A stretch of DNA of 64,000 nt from Eledone cirrhosa (GCA_964016885.1 CAXHJY010001328.1:80787-144786), one strand, 5' to 3'; shown: positions 27,273 to 42,683, numbered from the stretch's first letter. The notes: generated by a model from the letters alone, not told the origin. Program-made: numbers and translations.

Positions 27273-27700
27273 AACAATTAAGTTAAAGTGTACATCTACA
27301 TATGTATACGGAAGTATTAGTATGCATATAAATACACATATGTATACATATGTACATGTACCGAGCTTTTCACTAGACACTTTGCAGTGAGTGTCCAGCT
27401 AGTCTGTATGTAAACACACAGACGAACCGGGTTTTAAAGTCATACGGGTTTTCAAGGAAACACACTTCCTCTATTCTCCAGAGAGCCAGACAGGAATATT
27501 GGACTAGTTTCGATGTTATTACATCTCATCAGCAATATATACCTATCTTCTGGCTTCTCCGGAGAATTGTAAAAGCACATATCGTTATATGCTTTTTCTA
27601 TGAAAATCAGTAGTGGGCAGACTAATTTGCATAGAACGTGAGTCATTGTACGCGCCGGTTCAGCGGAAACGATAAAAACAAATAACGAATATATACATAG
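27270..27700 (-). mobile_element. Short non-coding HHR-bearing insert (retrozyme monomer or solo pLTR)
   Basis: ~430-bp island in (TA)n with a canonical HHR and long flanking self-complementarity. Confidence 0.7.
27496..27538 (-). ncRNA. Canonical minimal type I hammerhead ribozyme
   Basis: atattg-CTGATGA-gatgt aata acatc-GAAA-ctag-TC-caatat. Stem I is extended by attctcc..agccaga / tctggct..ggagaat. Confidence 0.92.
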
Positions 27701-27753
<53 letters not shown>

Positions 27754-27761
27754 CATACATA

Positions 27762-27797
<36 letters not shown>

Positions 27798-27848
27798 CAT
27801 ACATATACATATATAAATATATACATATATATATACATATATATATAC

Positions 27849-27911
<63 letters not shown>

Positions 27912-27967
27912 CATATATACATATATATACATATATATACATATATATACATATATATACACATATA

Positions 27968-28003
<36 letters not shown>

Positions 28004-28004
28004 C

Positions 28005-28067
<63 letters not shown>

Positions 28068-28140
28068 CATATATATATACATATATATATACATATATAT
28101 ATAGATATATATACATATATATATATACATATATATATAC

Positions 28141-28175
<35 letters not shown>

Positions 28176-28444
28176 CATATATATATACATACATATATAT
28201 ACATATATATATATACATATATATATACATATACATACATATATATATATACATATATATATATACATATATATACATATATATATATACATATATATAT
28301 AAACATATATATATATATACATATATATATATACATATATATATACATATATATATATACATATATATATATACATATATATATATACATATACATACAT
28401 ATATATATACATATATATATATACATATATATACATATATATAC

Positions 28445-28584
<140 letters not shown>

Positions 28585-28783
28585 ATTATTAAAAAAATAA
28601 TGAATAAACAATGAAACAGTTCCTTATATTAAACAAAAAAAGTTCATTATTTTACGATCGTTTCTAGGACATATATGTGTTAGAATAGGTATGCATATTC
28701 AAAAGATCTATATACAAAATTATACAAACTATCAGAGAGAATATACATACCTTCACATATATATGCTGTCTTCAGAAATAATT

Positions 28784-28963
28784 GTTTCTACTTTTGGCAC
28801 AAGGCCAGCAATTACCCAGTACATTACTGGTACTTTATTTTATCGACCCCTTAAGGATGAAAGGCAAAGTTAACCTCGGCGGGATTTGAACTCAGTATGG
28901 CAAGGGCCTTAACTATGCGTCAAAGCATGGCGTCCGACCCTCTACCGAAACTGCCAATCCACC
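28784..28963 (-). mobile_element. Full tRNA-derived SINE with ~18-bp TSD
   Basis: TSD ctgtcttcagaaataatt at 28766-28783 and 28965-28982. The empty site is visible in the other arm near 33790. Confidence 0.9.
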
Positions 28964-29241
28964 GCTGTCTTCAGAAATAATTATGCTAGTTTATTGATAA
29001 TAACGACAATTCAAAATAATAGGTCTGTTTGGGAACAGATTTTAAATAGACCAATGAAATAAGGATTGAGATACCTAAAAATTTATCAAGAAAATACAGT
29101 TAGGTATGTGTATATGTATGTAAATACGCTCACAGATGTGCATAAAAGAGTATGCTCATATGTATACGTATTTTGAATAAGTGTATGTAAATATAAAAAT
29201 TTAGGGATAATGTATCCATATGTCTATAATCAACAGACAGA

Positions 29242-29356
<115 letters not shown>

Positions 29357-29615
29357 TACACATTATTATTATAAATATATGGATATTGAGGCGCTCACAT
29401 AAACACGCCCACACACACTTACATTTAGATGCGGAAGTAAAAGAGGTAAGGGAATATAGTAATTAAAGGAAAGTGTCAATCTCGACATACTTATAAAAGT
29501 GTATCCATAAATTAGAAATAAAAAAAATTTTTTATGGAAGGAAAAACTCAAAAAAAGAAGACAAAAAAGACAAAAAAAGGGGAAATTTTGCTAATTATTC
29601 CAATATCTGATTTGG

Positions 29616-31493
29616 ATAAGACTTATATGTCCCTCCAAATCAGATATTGGAATAATTATCAAAAAATGTTTAGATAGAGTCATCCCACAAATAAGAAAAC
29701 ATGTTAATTTACCACTCTGGGAAAACACTTCCCAGGTAATTAACTGGTTTAATAATATTAGATGTAAATCTTCTGCTTCATTTCTACAATTTGATATAGA
29801 TAATTACTATTCTTCTATATCACCTATACTCCTGAACAAAGCTTTGATATTTGCTAAAAATAGATCTAACTTAAGTTTGGATGACATTAATATTATTACA
29901 CATGCTAGACTAACACTTATTGAATTTCAGAATGAATACTGGACCAGAAACACATATAGTAATCTATTTGATATTAGTATGGGCTCAAGCGATTCTGCCC
30001 AAATTACTGATCTTGTGGGCCTCTTTCTCCTTTTTAACATAAATGCTTCCTTTCCCCACCTTAAAGGTGGTTTATATCGTGATGACTGTCTTCTTCTTTC
30101 CAACAACCTTAGCCTCTCAGAAATAGAAAAAAACAAAAAGCTTATTAGAACTTTCCTTAAAGACTATTATAGTCTAGATATTACTTTTGAAAACACAAGT
30201 AAAGTAGTTAATTTCCTAGATATAACTTTAGACTTGGCTATGGGTATCTACCAACCTTACCATAAACCCAACCAAAACTTACACTACATACACTCACAAT
30301 CTAATCACCCTAAATCTATCCTTAAAAACCTTGCATATAATATATCACTTAGAATTTCTAACCTTTCGTCTAACCAAGATGTATTTGATAAAAATGCGAG
30401 CTTCTATAACGAAGCTCTAGCTAGAAGTGGCCACAAAAATAGATTGGAATATATACCTTCTACCAATAACACTATAAACATACAACCTAATATTACCAAC
30501 AAACACCAAATGAAACGTACACACCTAAATGCCACTCACACTATACCCCAAAATACCAACATAAAACTAAATTTCTCTAACTCCTCTAATATAAAGTATA
30601 GTAACTCTCAAAAAACTACTCATAATACAACTCTAATAAATGTTAATAATAAAACACCTAATAAACAAGCTAAAACACCTAAATCAATAAATCTAACTAA
30701 AAACGTGCGTCGAGAGGTCATTAACAATAATCCTCCTAGTAAACATCAGGATGCATCCTATAAAAACAATAAACAACATAGAAACCGTAATAGACGAATC
30801 ACTTGGTATAATGCTCCATTTAATTTACAAATTAAGGATAATATACCTAAAAAAATTTTTAATATCCTAGAGAAAAACTTCCCGCCAAACCACAAATACC
30901 ATCAAATCTTAAATAGATCAACAGTTAAATACTCATACTCAACAACCAAAAACATAAAACAAAATATAAGTGCCTATAATGCATATAAGTGTAAAAAAAC
31001 CATAAGTATACCACCAGTACATCAAACTAGCCATAATATCTCCTCAAATACAGAATTAACGAAAGGTTGTAACTGTAGAAACAAGGCAAACTGCCCATTA
31101 AAAGGAAATTGTCTTGTTAACAACATAGTATATAAATGTAAAGTTAAAACTAAGAATTCTATTTGCTCATATATAGGAGCTACTTCTAACAATTTTAAGG
31201 TAAGATTTAATACCCACAAACATAGTTTTAAAAATGCCGCACTGGCTAATACAACATCTCTAGCAGAAAAAATTAATAGTTATAGAAATAAGAATATAGA
31301 ATATGATATGACCTGGAGTGTGCTCAAAAGAGCCACCCCTTATCAAAATAATAGAAATGAATGTAGATTGTGTTCCCAAGAACTATTTGAAATAATGAAA
31401 TCTAAGGATATCCTATTAAATAAGCGACAGGAATTAATAATATCGTGTAATCATAAACTGAGAAAAACATTTAAATATTATAAACCTAATTAA
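29616..31493 (+). CDS. PLE reverse transcriptase + GIY-YIG endonuclease (N-terminally truncated, no internal stops)
   Basis: FDIDNYYSSI, FDISMGSSDSAQ, GLYRDD, CNCRNKANCPLKGNCL, NIVYKC..YIGAT..FKVRFNTH. Confidence 0.85.
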   Translation: MRLICPSKSDIGIIIKKCLDRVIPQIRKHVNLPLWENTSQVINWFNNIRCKSSASFLQFDIDNYYSSISPILLNKALIFAKNRSNLSLDDINIITHARLTLIEFQNEYWTRNTYSNLFDISMGSSDSAQITDLVGLFLLFNINASFPHLKGGLYRDDCLLLSNNLSLSEIEKNKKLIRTFLKDYYSLDITFENTSKVVNFLDITLDLAMGIYQPYHKPNQNLHYIHSQSNHPKSILKNLAYNISLRISNLSSNQDVFDKNASFYNEALARSGHKNRLEYIPSTNNTINIQPNITNKHQMKRTHLNATHTIPQNTNIKLNFSNSSNIKYSNSQKTTHNTTLINVNNKTPNKQAKTPKSINLTKNVRREVINNNPPSKHQDASYKNNKQHRNRNRRITWYNAPFNLQIKDNIPKKIFNILEKNFPPNHKYHQILNRSTVKYSYSTTKNIKQNISAYNAYKCKKTISIPPVHQTSHNISSNTELTKGCNCRNKANCPLKGNCLVNNIVYKCKVKTKNSICSYIGATSNNFKVRFNTHKHSFKNAALANTTSLAEKINSYRNKNIEYDMTWSVLKRATPYQNNRNECRLCSQELFEIMKSKDILLNKRQELIISCNHKLRKTFKYYKPN

Positions 31494-32400
31494 TAATAAT
31501 ATATATTTTAGAAATTAATATATAAATTAATTTTAATGTAGTTAACCTATAATTTTAATTTAATTAAAATTCTACTACAGATGAAATTAAAAAAATATCG
31601 TATAATCATAAACTGAGAAAAACATTTAAATATTATTAACCTAATTAATATATACTTTGGAAATTAATATATAGATTAATTTTAGTTTATTTAACCTATT
31701 ATTAAAATTCTTTTACAGATGAAATACAACAAAATATCGTGTAAATAAAAAACGGAGAAATACTTTTTAATATTATAAACCTAATTAATATACAATTTAG
31801 AAATAAATATATAAACTAATTTTAATTTAGTTAACATATAATTTTAATTTTAATTTAGTTAGCTTATAATTAAAATTCTAATACAGATGAAATGCAAAAT
31901 ATCGTGTAATCATAAACTGAGAAAAACTTTAAATATATACCTAATTAATATACACTTTACAAATTAATATATAGATTAATTTTAATTTATAACCTATAAT
32001 TAAAATTCTACTATAGATAAAATACAAAATTTTGATTTAATTATTATAAACCTAATTAACATATACTATAGAAATTAATATATAATTTTTAATTTAGTTA
32101 ACCTATAATTAATAATCTACTACCGATGAAATACTTAATTTGGCTTTCCCTCTTACAAAATTCATTTCCTAAAATTTATACCATCATGTAAATATATGTA
32201 ATTATTTTTAATTTAGTTATGCTATAATTAATACTCTACTACAGTTTAACTTCAAAATTCCGCTTTAAATATTATAAACCTAATTAGTATACACCTTAGA
32301 AATTAATATATTAACTATTTTTATTTTAGTTAACCTATAATTAATATTCTACTTATATTAAAATACATAATTTAGCCTTCCTTCTTACAAATAACTTTTC
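31439..32400 (+). repeat. Degenerate ~140-165-bp tandem array in the PLE 3' UTR
   Basis: aatatcgt.taatcataaactgagaaaaac recurs near 31439, 31595, 31733 and 31898, then decays. Confidence 0.8.
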
Positions 32401-32644
32401 CTAAAACTGATACCACTAAGTAAACACACATAATGATTTAACGGCAGATTAGTATTCTAAGTTCCTTGAAATCTATATATTTACTATTTCCCACTAATAA
32501 ATTTAATCCCCCTCCCCCCCAATAATTATATGTATTTGTAAGCGTGGATGTGTGTATGTGTATGTAAGTGTGTATGTATGTTTGTGTGTTTGTATGTGAG
32601 TATAAAAATACATATGTGCGCATGTATATGTATATATATGTATG

Positions 32645-32753
<109 letters not shown>

Positions 32754-32950
32754 GTATGTGTGTGTGTATGTATATATATGTATGTATATGTATATGTAGA
32801 GATGTGTGTATGTATGTGTATGTATATGTGTGTATATATATGTATATGTGTCTGACTGTGTATATATGTGTGTGTATGTCTCTATATATATGTATGTCTG
32901 AGTGTGTGTGTGTGTGTGTGGTTGTGTGTATATATACATGGGTATGTGTG

Positions 32951-33017
<67 letters not shown>

Positions 33018-33489
33018 GTGTATATTTATATGTATGGATATATGTTTTACTTATTTTTATGTGTGTGCATACAAACAGGTCAATATGCGTGAGCGTAAGT
33101 ATGTGTATGTGTGTGTGTGTACGTATGTATGTATCGAACGTATGGATGTGTAAATGTGCGTGTGTATATAAGCATGTATATTTTATGTCTCTCCTTTATG
33201 TTTTTTTATGTTTTTTTATATTTCTTTTGTGAGACATGCGTGTCTGTGTATGTATGTACCCCCCCCCCTTTTTGTCTTTTTTGTCTTCTTTTTTTTGAGT
33301 TTTTCCTTCCATAAAAAAATTTTTTTTTTCTAATTTATGGATACACTTTTATAAGTATGTCGATATTGACACTTTCCTTTAATTACTATATTCCCTTACC
33401 TCTTTTACTTCCGCATCTAAATGTAAGTGTGTGTGGGCGTCTTTATGTGAGCGCCTCAATATCCATATATTTATAATAATAATGTGTAT

Positions 33490-33529
<40 letters not shown>

Positions 33530-33787
33530 TGTCTGTTGATTATAGACATATGAATACATTAGCCCTAAATTTTTATATTTACATACACTTTTTCAAAATA
33601 CGTATACATATGAGCATACACTTTTATGCACATCTGTGAGCGTATTTACATACATATACACACACCTAACTGTATTTTCTTGATAAATTTTTATGTATCT
33701 CAATCCTTATTTCATTGGTCTATTTAAAATCTGTTCCCAAACAGACCTATTATTTTGAATTGTCGTTATTATCAATAAACTAGCATC

Positions 33788-33924
33788 ATTATTTCTGAAG
33801 ACAGTATATATATGTGAAGGTATGTATATTCTCTCTGATAGTTTGTATAATTTTGTACATAGATCTTTTGAATATGCATACCTATTCTAACACATATATG
33901 TCCTAGAAACGATCGTAAAATAAT
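33788..33924 (+). ncRNA. Hammerhead ribozyme with ~100-nt stem II (mirror copy at 28646-28782, minus strand)
   Basis: attattt-CTGAAGA-[tatatgtg/cacatatg-like, aggtatg/catacct, tatattc/gaatatg]-GAAA-cgatcg-TA-aaataat. Confidence 0.82.
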
Positions 33925-34090
33925 CAACTTTTTTGTTTAATATAAGGAACTGTTTCTTTGTTTATTCATTATTTTTAAAATAATTTAACTTGACTCTGTT
34001 TTCCGTTTATCTTTCACCGAAAGTGATTTTTGAATGCATCTCTTCTTTTCATGATATCCGGATTACATTTTGGTAGATTTATCTACATAA

Positions 34091-34237
<147 letters not shown>

Positions 34238-34294
34238 TATACATATATACATATATATATATATATACATATATATATACATATATATATATAC

Positions 34295-34353
<59 letters not shown>

Positions 34354-34999
34354 CATATATATATATATACATATATATATACATATACATATATATATAT
34401 ATACATATATATTTACATATACACATATATATACATATACACATATATATATATACATATATATATATACATATATATATATACATATATATATATACAA
34501 ATATATATACATATACATATATATATACATATACATACACATATATACATATACATATATATACATATACATATATATACATATACCTATATATACACAT
34601 ATATACATATACATATATATATATATAGTTAGAGAAGCAAAAAATTGCTTATTGTGATCCAGTTTTTGGTTAAGAAAGCCAGTTTCATGGATGGTTTCAA
34701 CGTACGGTTAGGGGTAACTCCACAAGTTTGAGTAAGAATTCCGTTCAATCTTGGAGTATAAATTATAAAAGAGAAAACACAGGTAAGCATTAAGAGAAGG
34801 ATTTTATCCAGGTATTTACGACCGTTTCATTGGTAAGTGCAACCTTATATTGCTATACTGCAAATAGCAGCCACTCAATTATTATATATATATATATACA
34901 CATATACATATATATATATATATACACATATACATATACATATCTATACACATATATACATATATATATATACACATATATATATATACTTATATATAC

Positions 35000-35035
<36 letters not shown>

Positions 35036-35253
35036 ATACATATACATATATACATATATATATACATATATATATATATATACATATATACATATATATA
35101 CACACACACATATATATATACATATATACATATATATACACACATATATATATACATACATATATACATATATATACACACATATATATATATACATATA
35201 TATATATATACATATATATATATACATATATATATACGTATATACATACATAC

Positions 35254-35334
<81 letters not shown>

Positions 35335-35601
35335 TATATACACACACATATATATATATATATATACATATATACATACATATATATATATACATATATA
35401 CATACATATATATATATATACATATATACATACATATATATATATATATATACATATATATATACACATATATATATACATATACATATATATATACACA
35501 TATATATACACATATATATATACATATACATATATATATACACATATATATATACATATATATATATACATATATATATACATATATACATATATATATA
35601 C

Positions 35602-35643
<42 letters not shown>

Positions 35644-35645
35644 AC

Positions 35646-35730
<85 letters not shown>

Positions 35731-36090
35731 TATATACATATATACATATATATACATATACATATATATATATACATATATATATACATATATATACATA
35801 CATATATATATACATATATATACATACACATATATATATCTATGTATATATGTATATATGTATATATATATGTATATATATATCTATGTATATATATATA
35901 TACATATATATATATATACATATATATATACATATATACATATATACATAGATATATATATATATATATACATATATATATACATATATACACATATATA
36001 TATACATATACATATACATATATACATATATACATACATATATATATATATATACATATATATAAACATATATATATATATATACATATA

Positions 36091-36638
36091 TATAAAGAAT
36101 TAGTATATCTCCCGACATATGTATACAGATGCATACCTATGCTAGCAAATATATATGTTTTGTCTTAGTAACTTTGTGGTTCTATGCAAGGGGATGCAGA
36201 ACAATTATATGATATACTAATTCTTTATAATTATCTCCAAATTATTTGTTGAGCAAAATTTGCCGAAATTACTACTGTGATTAATAGTAGTGGCTAGGCT
36301 CTGTCTTAATAGCACCCCCACTCCTGGCTGATTAACCTCAGTGTCACGTGATTGATTCTTTTGAATTTGCCACTTGACCAAGTAGGCAGTGAATTTTTCA
36401 ATGTCTTGGAATCTAGCCCCGCTCGCATTTTTTCATCCACTGAATTATTTTTATATAAGTTCCCACTGTCCTCGCATTGCCTGGAAGCTTAGCTGAGAAT
36501 AGACTCCCTGATGACGTAAGGCTTCTCTATGGATACACTCCGTAACCATATTTATCCCCTTACAGAAACTAATTAGTTGGAGTGAAATGTTAGTAAGTAA
36601 GTCAATTTTCATAACTTTCTTATTTACGTCTTTCATAT
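36091..36638 (+). mobile_element. Divergent copy of the 537-bp retrozyme-like unit, permuted and with a 5' inversion
   Basis: 36213-36638 is colinear with the unit; 36091-36212 is inverted. HHR at 36503-36583. Confidence 0.85.
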
Positions 36639-36640
36639 AT

Positions 36641-36733
<93 letters not shown>

Positions 36734-36781
36734 TATATACATATATATACACATATATATATACATATACATATATATATA

Positions 36782-36824
<43 letters not shown>

Positions 36825-36866
36825 ATACACATATATATATAAATATATATATATATACATATATAC

Positions 36867-36955
<89 letters not shown>

Positions 36956-37106
36956 CATATATATACATATATATATATATACATATATATATACGTATAT
37001 ACATATATATACATATACATATATATATACATATATATACATATACATATATATATACATATATATATATACATATATATATACATATACATATATATAT
37101 ATACAA

Positions 37107-37148
<42 letters not shown>

Positions 37149-37186
37149 TTATATATATACATATATATATACATTTATATATATAC

Positions 37187-37223
<37 letters not shown>

Positions 37224-37436
37224 CATTTATATATATACATATATATATACATTTATATATATACATATATATATATATACATATATATATATACATATAT
37301 ATATATATACACATATATATATATATATACATATATATATACATATATATATACATATATATATATACATATATATATATACACATATATATATATATAC
37401 ATATATATATACATATATATATACATATACATATAC

Positions 37437-37497
<61 letters not shown>

Positions 37498-37526
37498 CAT
37501 ATATATATATACATTTATATATATAC

Positions 37527-37559
<33 letters not shown>

Positions 37560-37599
37560 CATATATATATACATATATATATACATATACATATACATA

Positions 37600-37659
<60 letters not shown>

Positions 37660-38199
37660 CATATATATATATACATTTATATATATACATATATATATAC
37701 ATATATATATATACATATATATACATATATATACACATATATATACATATATATACACATATATATATACATATATATATACATATATATATACATATAT
37801 ATATATACATATTTATACACATATATATATACATATATATATACATATATATATATACATATATATACACATATATATATACATATATATATACATATAT
37901 ATATACATATATATATACATATATATACATACATATATATATACATACATATATATATACATATATATATATATACATATATACATACATATATATATAC
38001 ATATATATATATATACATACATATATATATATATATACAGATATATATACATATATATATATATACATACATATATATATAAATACATATATACATACAT
38101 ATATATATATGTAGGATGTGAGTTTTATTGTAGTACAATAAAGCAATGCAGATATCGGATAAGAAGCACTCTACAGTTTGTAGGACTGGAGTATACATA

Positions 38200-38536
38200 A
38201 TATATAAGATCAAAAGATGGTTAAAAGAGTTCCATGTATTTTATTATGCGCATTTCAAAAACAAATATCATCATGCAATAATATTTGTGTTTTCATCAGA
38301 TAAAATAGGAAGACATGATATGAAGGTTAAAAACACTTGTGGATAGTGCAGTTTTAAATTAACATTTCATGTTAATTTAAAACTGCACTATCCACAAGTG
38401 TTTTTTAACCTTCATGTGATGTCTTCCTATTTTATCTGATGAAAACACAAATATTATTGCATGATGATATTTGTTTTTGAAATGCGCATAATAAAATACA
38501 TGGAACTCTTTTAACCAACTTTTGATCTTATATATT
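38200..38536. mobile_element. Head-to-head palindromic pLTR pair of the PLE at 45-48 kb
   Basis: Arms ~38200-38365 and ~38369-38536 match 48165-48322. HHRs at 38237-38307 (-) and 38428-38498 (+): tattttat-CTGATGA-stem II-GAAA-tgcgca-TA-ataaaata. Confidence 0.9.
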
Positions 38537-38553
38537 ACATATATATATATATA

Positions 38554-38640
<87 letters not shown>

Positions 38641-38644
<4 letters not shown>

Positions 38645-39261
38645 AAAAAGAGATGAAATCGAAAATCAACTGGAGTCTTATTTTTTTTTTAAATATATAT
38701 ATTTATTCGGTTCCTTTACCGGTTTCGCAGTTCTTCTGCTTTTCAAAAGGTGAGTTGAGATGGAGGGTCTGTGGTTTTTCTCACATCTGGTTGGTTTCTG
38801 AATGTTACTTGTTTTATATGGAAAAAGTGGCTCGAAATGCCAGGTTTTTCGAGAAGTAATTTGATTGGTTTGTCAATAATTATAATAGATTTCGCGCCAG
38901 TTCGCGTTATAATAGTTCTTCAAATAAGAGAGGGGGTTGTCACAGGTTGTTTTTTCATATATGGGTGTTTGAATTTCTTTTTTCTTGAAAAAAGGGACTC
39001 ACGAAGGCTTTTTTTTTGGTTGGTTATAAATGAAATTATGGCTGTCACGTGAACAAGTATTCAATAAATTTTCGTGCCCTTATTTGGAAATCCATTCTGT
39101 AGCCTTTTTAGAGAATTTTATGATAAGTGAAAGATAATGGTCAAGAGAAAGGGATGGGAGCATTGTTCTGGTTCAGTGAATATTGTTAGTTCGCTGGGGT
39201 GTCAGAATTCAGATTTTCTATTGAATAAAGACAGTAAAGATATGTATGTTTATTTGTGTGC

Positions 39262-39350
<89 letters not shown>

Positions 39351-39664
39351 AATTTCTTTACTTAAAAAAAGGTGGCTCACGAAGGCTTTTTTTAATAAAC
39401 GTGATTTGATTCGTTATAAATGAAATTTGGCTGTCACGTGAACAAGTTTTCATTACATTTTTGCGCCCTTATTTGGAAAACTATTCTGTAGCCTTTATAG
39501 AGAATGTTATGACAAAGGAAAGATAGTGGTCAAGAGAAATGGGATTGGGAGAATTGTTCCGGTTCAGTGAATATGGTTAGTTCGCTGGGGTGTCAGAGTT
39601 CAGATTTTCTATTGAAGTAAAGATATGTATGTTTAATTGTGTGCTTGTGTGTGTGTGTGTGTGT

Positions 39665-39739
<75 letters not shown>

Positions 39740-42683
39740 TGGAAGATGATTCTATTAGTAGAAATGGGGGAGGGAGTTGTGTGTGTGTGTATATATGGGT
39801 GTTATGTGTGTGTGTGCGAGTATGTTAAGATGGAGAGAATATATATTTTGTGTGTGTGTGTATATGTGTGTAGGAAAGTGGTTCTATTAGTAGAAATGGG
39901 GGAGGGAGTTGTGGGTGTGGGGGTTATGTGTGTGTATGGGTGTTATGTGTGTGGGAGTATGGTTAGCATGTTAAGATGAAGAGAATATATATATATATAT
40001 ATATTGTGTGTGTGTGTAGGAAAATGATTCCTTTAGTAGGAATATTTTTGAATGAACATATTTTCCTTACTTATTCGTATTTGTTATGTTGTATTGTCAG
40101 TGCAAACGTATATTAAGATTTATTTAGTTCGGGTTTTTATTTTCTAAAGTAGAAGGTGTTATGTGTGTGTGTGTATGTCATATTATGGTGTTGGCATAAT
40201 GTATATTAAACCATATTTAATGCTGGTCTATATTTTTGAATAAACATATTTTCCTTATTTATTCGTATTTGTTCTGTTGTATTGTTAGCGCAAAGGTAAA
40301 ATGGGAAGACTTGGAATTTGGGTGTCTTATTACTTGCGCAAATGTCTAGATGTGCACTTAGTGGCATCTGTCTCGTGGTTGGATCTCGTAATTATTGGCG
40401 ATGAACTGTCATTCTGTTTCTGAGTGTGAGTTTAGTTTGTCCTATATAATCTTCATTGCATCCTTTACATTTAATGGCATAAATTAGATTTTTTGATGAG
40501 CAAGTGAAGTGATTTTTTACAGTAAAATTTTGTCCTGATTTAAATGTATACGTATTGCCTTCAATGAGGTGAGTGCAGGTTCCACAATTAGAGCGACCAC
40601 ATTTTTTGATACTTGGTTGTGGGTTTGTGGTAGGTAATTTGGCATTGGTGAGTAATGTTTTCAGTGATTTTGGTTGTCTTTTTGCTTTTGATTATTTTGT
40701 GTGTTTCAAGGACTTTTTTCATTCTTGGTTTTGTTTTAGTAGTGGGATGTTCTTGTGAATAGTGTTGTAAGCTTCCGCATTTCTTGGGTTGTGTGTTGAG
40801 ATATATGATAGAATATTGACGTACCTTGAATTTGTTTCTGTTTCCGTAATTCATCAATGCCTATTGCTTTAGCCCTTTCTATTCCATTATTTATTAGTAA
40901 TAGTGGGTACTCTCTCTCGAGTAGAATTTCCTTTAATTCTTGAAGTCTTTTATTTCGCGTTTCATAATTGGAGACAATTGTGCAAATTCTTCTTGCTAGG
41001 TTAAAAGGAATGTTCGTCTTCATGTGCTTTGGATGGTTGGAGGTGAATAGCAGATATTGTTTGGAATCTGTTGGTTTGTAGTGTATGTCAGTTTCGATAT
41101 TTGTGTCTTTTTTTAAGATTAAGATGTCCAGAAATGGGAGTTGATCTTGGCTGTATTCCATTGTGAATTGGATGTGGTTATTGATGCCGTTTATTAAGTT
41201 TTTGAAATCCTTCAGTTGGTCGAGTGTGTGGGACCAAAGAATAAGGCAATCATCCAAGTAGCGTTTCCAATTCTCTGATAAATATTTGTGGAAGTTCAAT
41301 CCGTATTTTGATTTGGACTGTTCATATATCTGGACTTCTAAGTATGCCATGACTAAGTTGGCATAAGTTGGAGCGGCTTTTGTACCCATCGCAGTCCCCG
41401 ATATTTGCTTGTAAGTATTGCCATCGAAATCAAAAAAGTTGTTCTGTAAGATGAATTTTAATCCCTCGGTGATGAAGCTTTTTTCTATTCTGTCAGGTAT
41501 CTCATTGGGATATTTCTCTAGCCAGAATCCTATTGCTTCTAGTCCGTATTGGTGTGGGATTGTTGTGTAGAGATTCACTACATCGAAAGACACAATAATA
41601 GTGTCGTTGTTGACATGTTTGGGGAGGTGGTTTAAGAGGTCCAGATCGTCTCTTACAAGGCTTGGTATGTGTTTCAGAATTGGTTTCAGTAGTATGTCTA
41701 TAAAGTTGCTCAGTCTGTGTGTTTCACATTGTGGGCCCGCTACAATTGGTTTTAATTTAAGGTCTGTGTGGTATTGTGTGTTCACGCAGGCTGAGGTGGA
41801 TTGTTTACAGGCATCGTTGATTATTTTACACTTGTGGATCTTCGGAAGTCCGTAAAGGTTGCTGGTTTTGTATTCAAAATTTGTTAAATAATCGCGTTCC
41901 TTTTTAGTTAGGTCTTCCTGGTATCGATAAATCAGTGTGTTTAATCTAGTCATTATTTTTGATTGCTGGTATTTTTTTACTCTTTCATAGTAATTAGTAT
42001 TTTGTAAGAGAGAGAACATAGAATTTTTTATATTTTTCAGCCTCCATAATGACAACAGTACTTCCCTTGTCCGCTTCCTTAATTATAATGTCCGTATTGT
42101 TTTTTAGTTCATGGATAATCTCCCATTCCCTTCGACTCGTGTTGGGTTTGGGTTTAGGTTGCGGTAGTTCATGCATGGGAAGGTAGCTATGTGGTCACAA
42201 AATTTGTCCAGAACTCTGTTTCTACTTTTTGTTGGGTTGTAGCTGCTTTTATTCCGTACAATTGATTCGTCGTTATTCTCCTTGTCAAAGAATTCCTCTG
42301 TGAGACGTAATTTTCTACAGCAGTGTGAGATATCGTCATTTATCTCATTGGGGTTAGAGTATTGTGGTGTTGGTGTGAATTTCAGTCCTTTAGAGAGAAT
42401 TTTTACTTGTTGGGCTGAGAGGTTTGTATTTGAAAGGTTAATTATTTTCGGTTTTTCAAAATCGGTTTGTGCCACCGGGTGTCGTGAGTCCTGTAGCCTT
42501 GGTCTAAAAAATGATTTTTCTGGAATGTTTTTTCAATGGTATTATTGTATCTATATATATACACACGCACAAAATATATATTCTCCTCCATCTTAACATA
42601 CTCGCACACACACACATAACACCCATATATACACACACACACACAACTCCCTCTCCCATTTCTTCTAATAGAATCATCTTCCA

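Noticed and set aside
34630-34880. Island with GAAAcggtcgTA (minus strand), possibly half a hammerhead
   Set aside because: No CUGANGA half was found; it cannot be classified.
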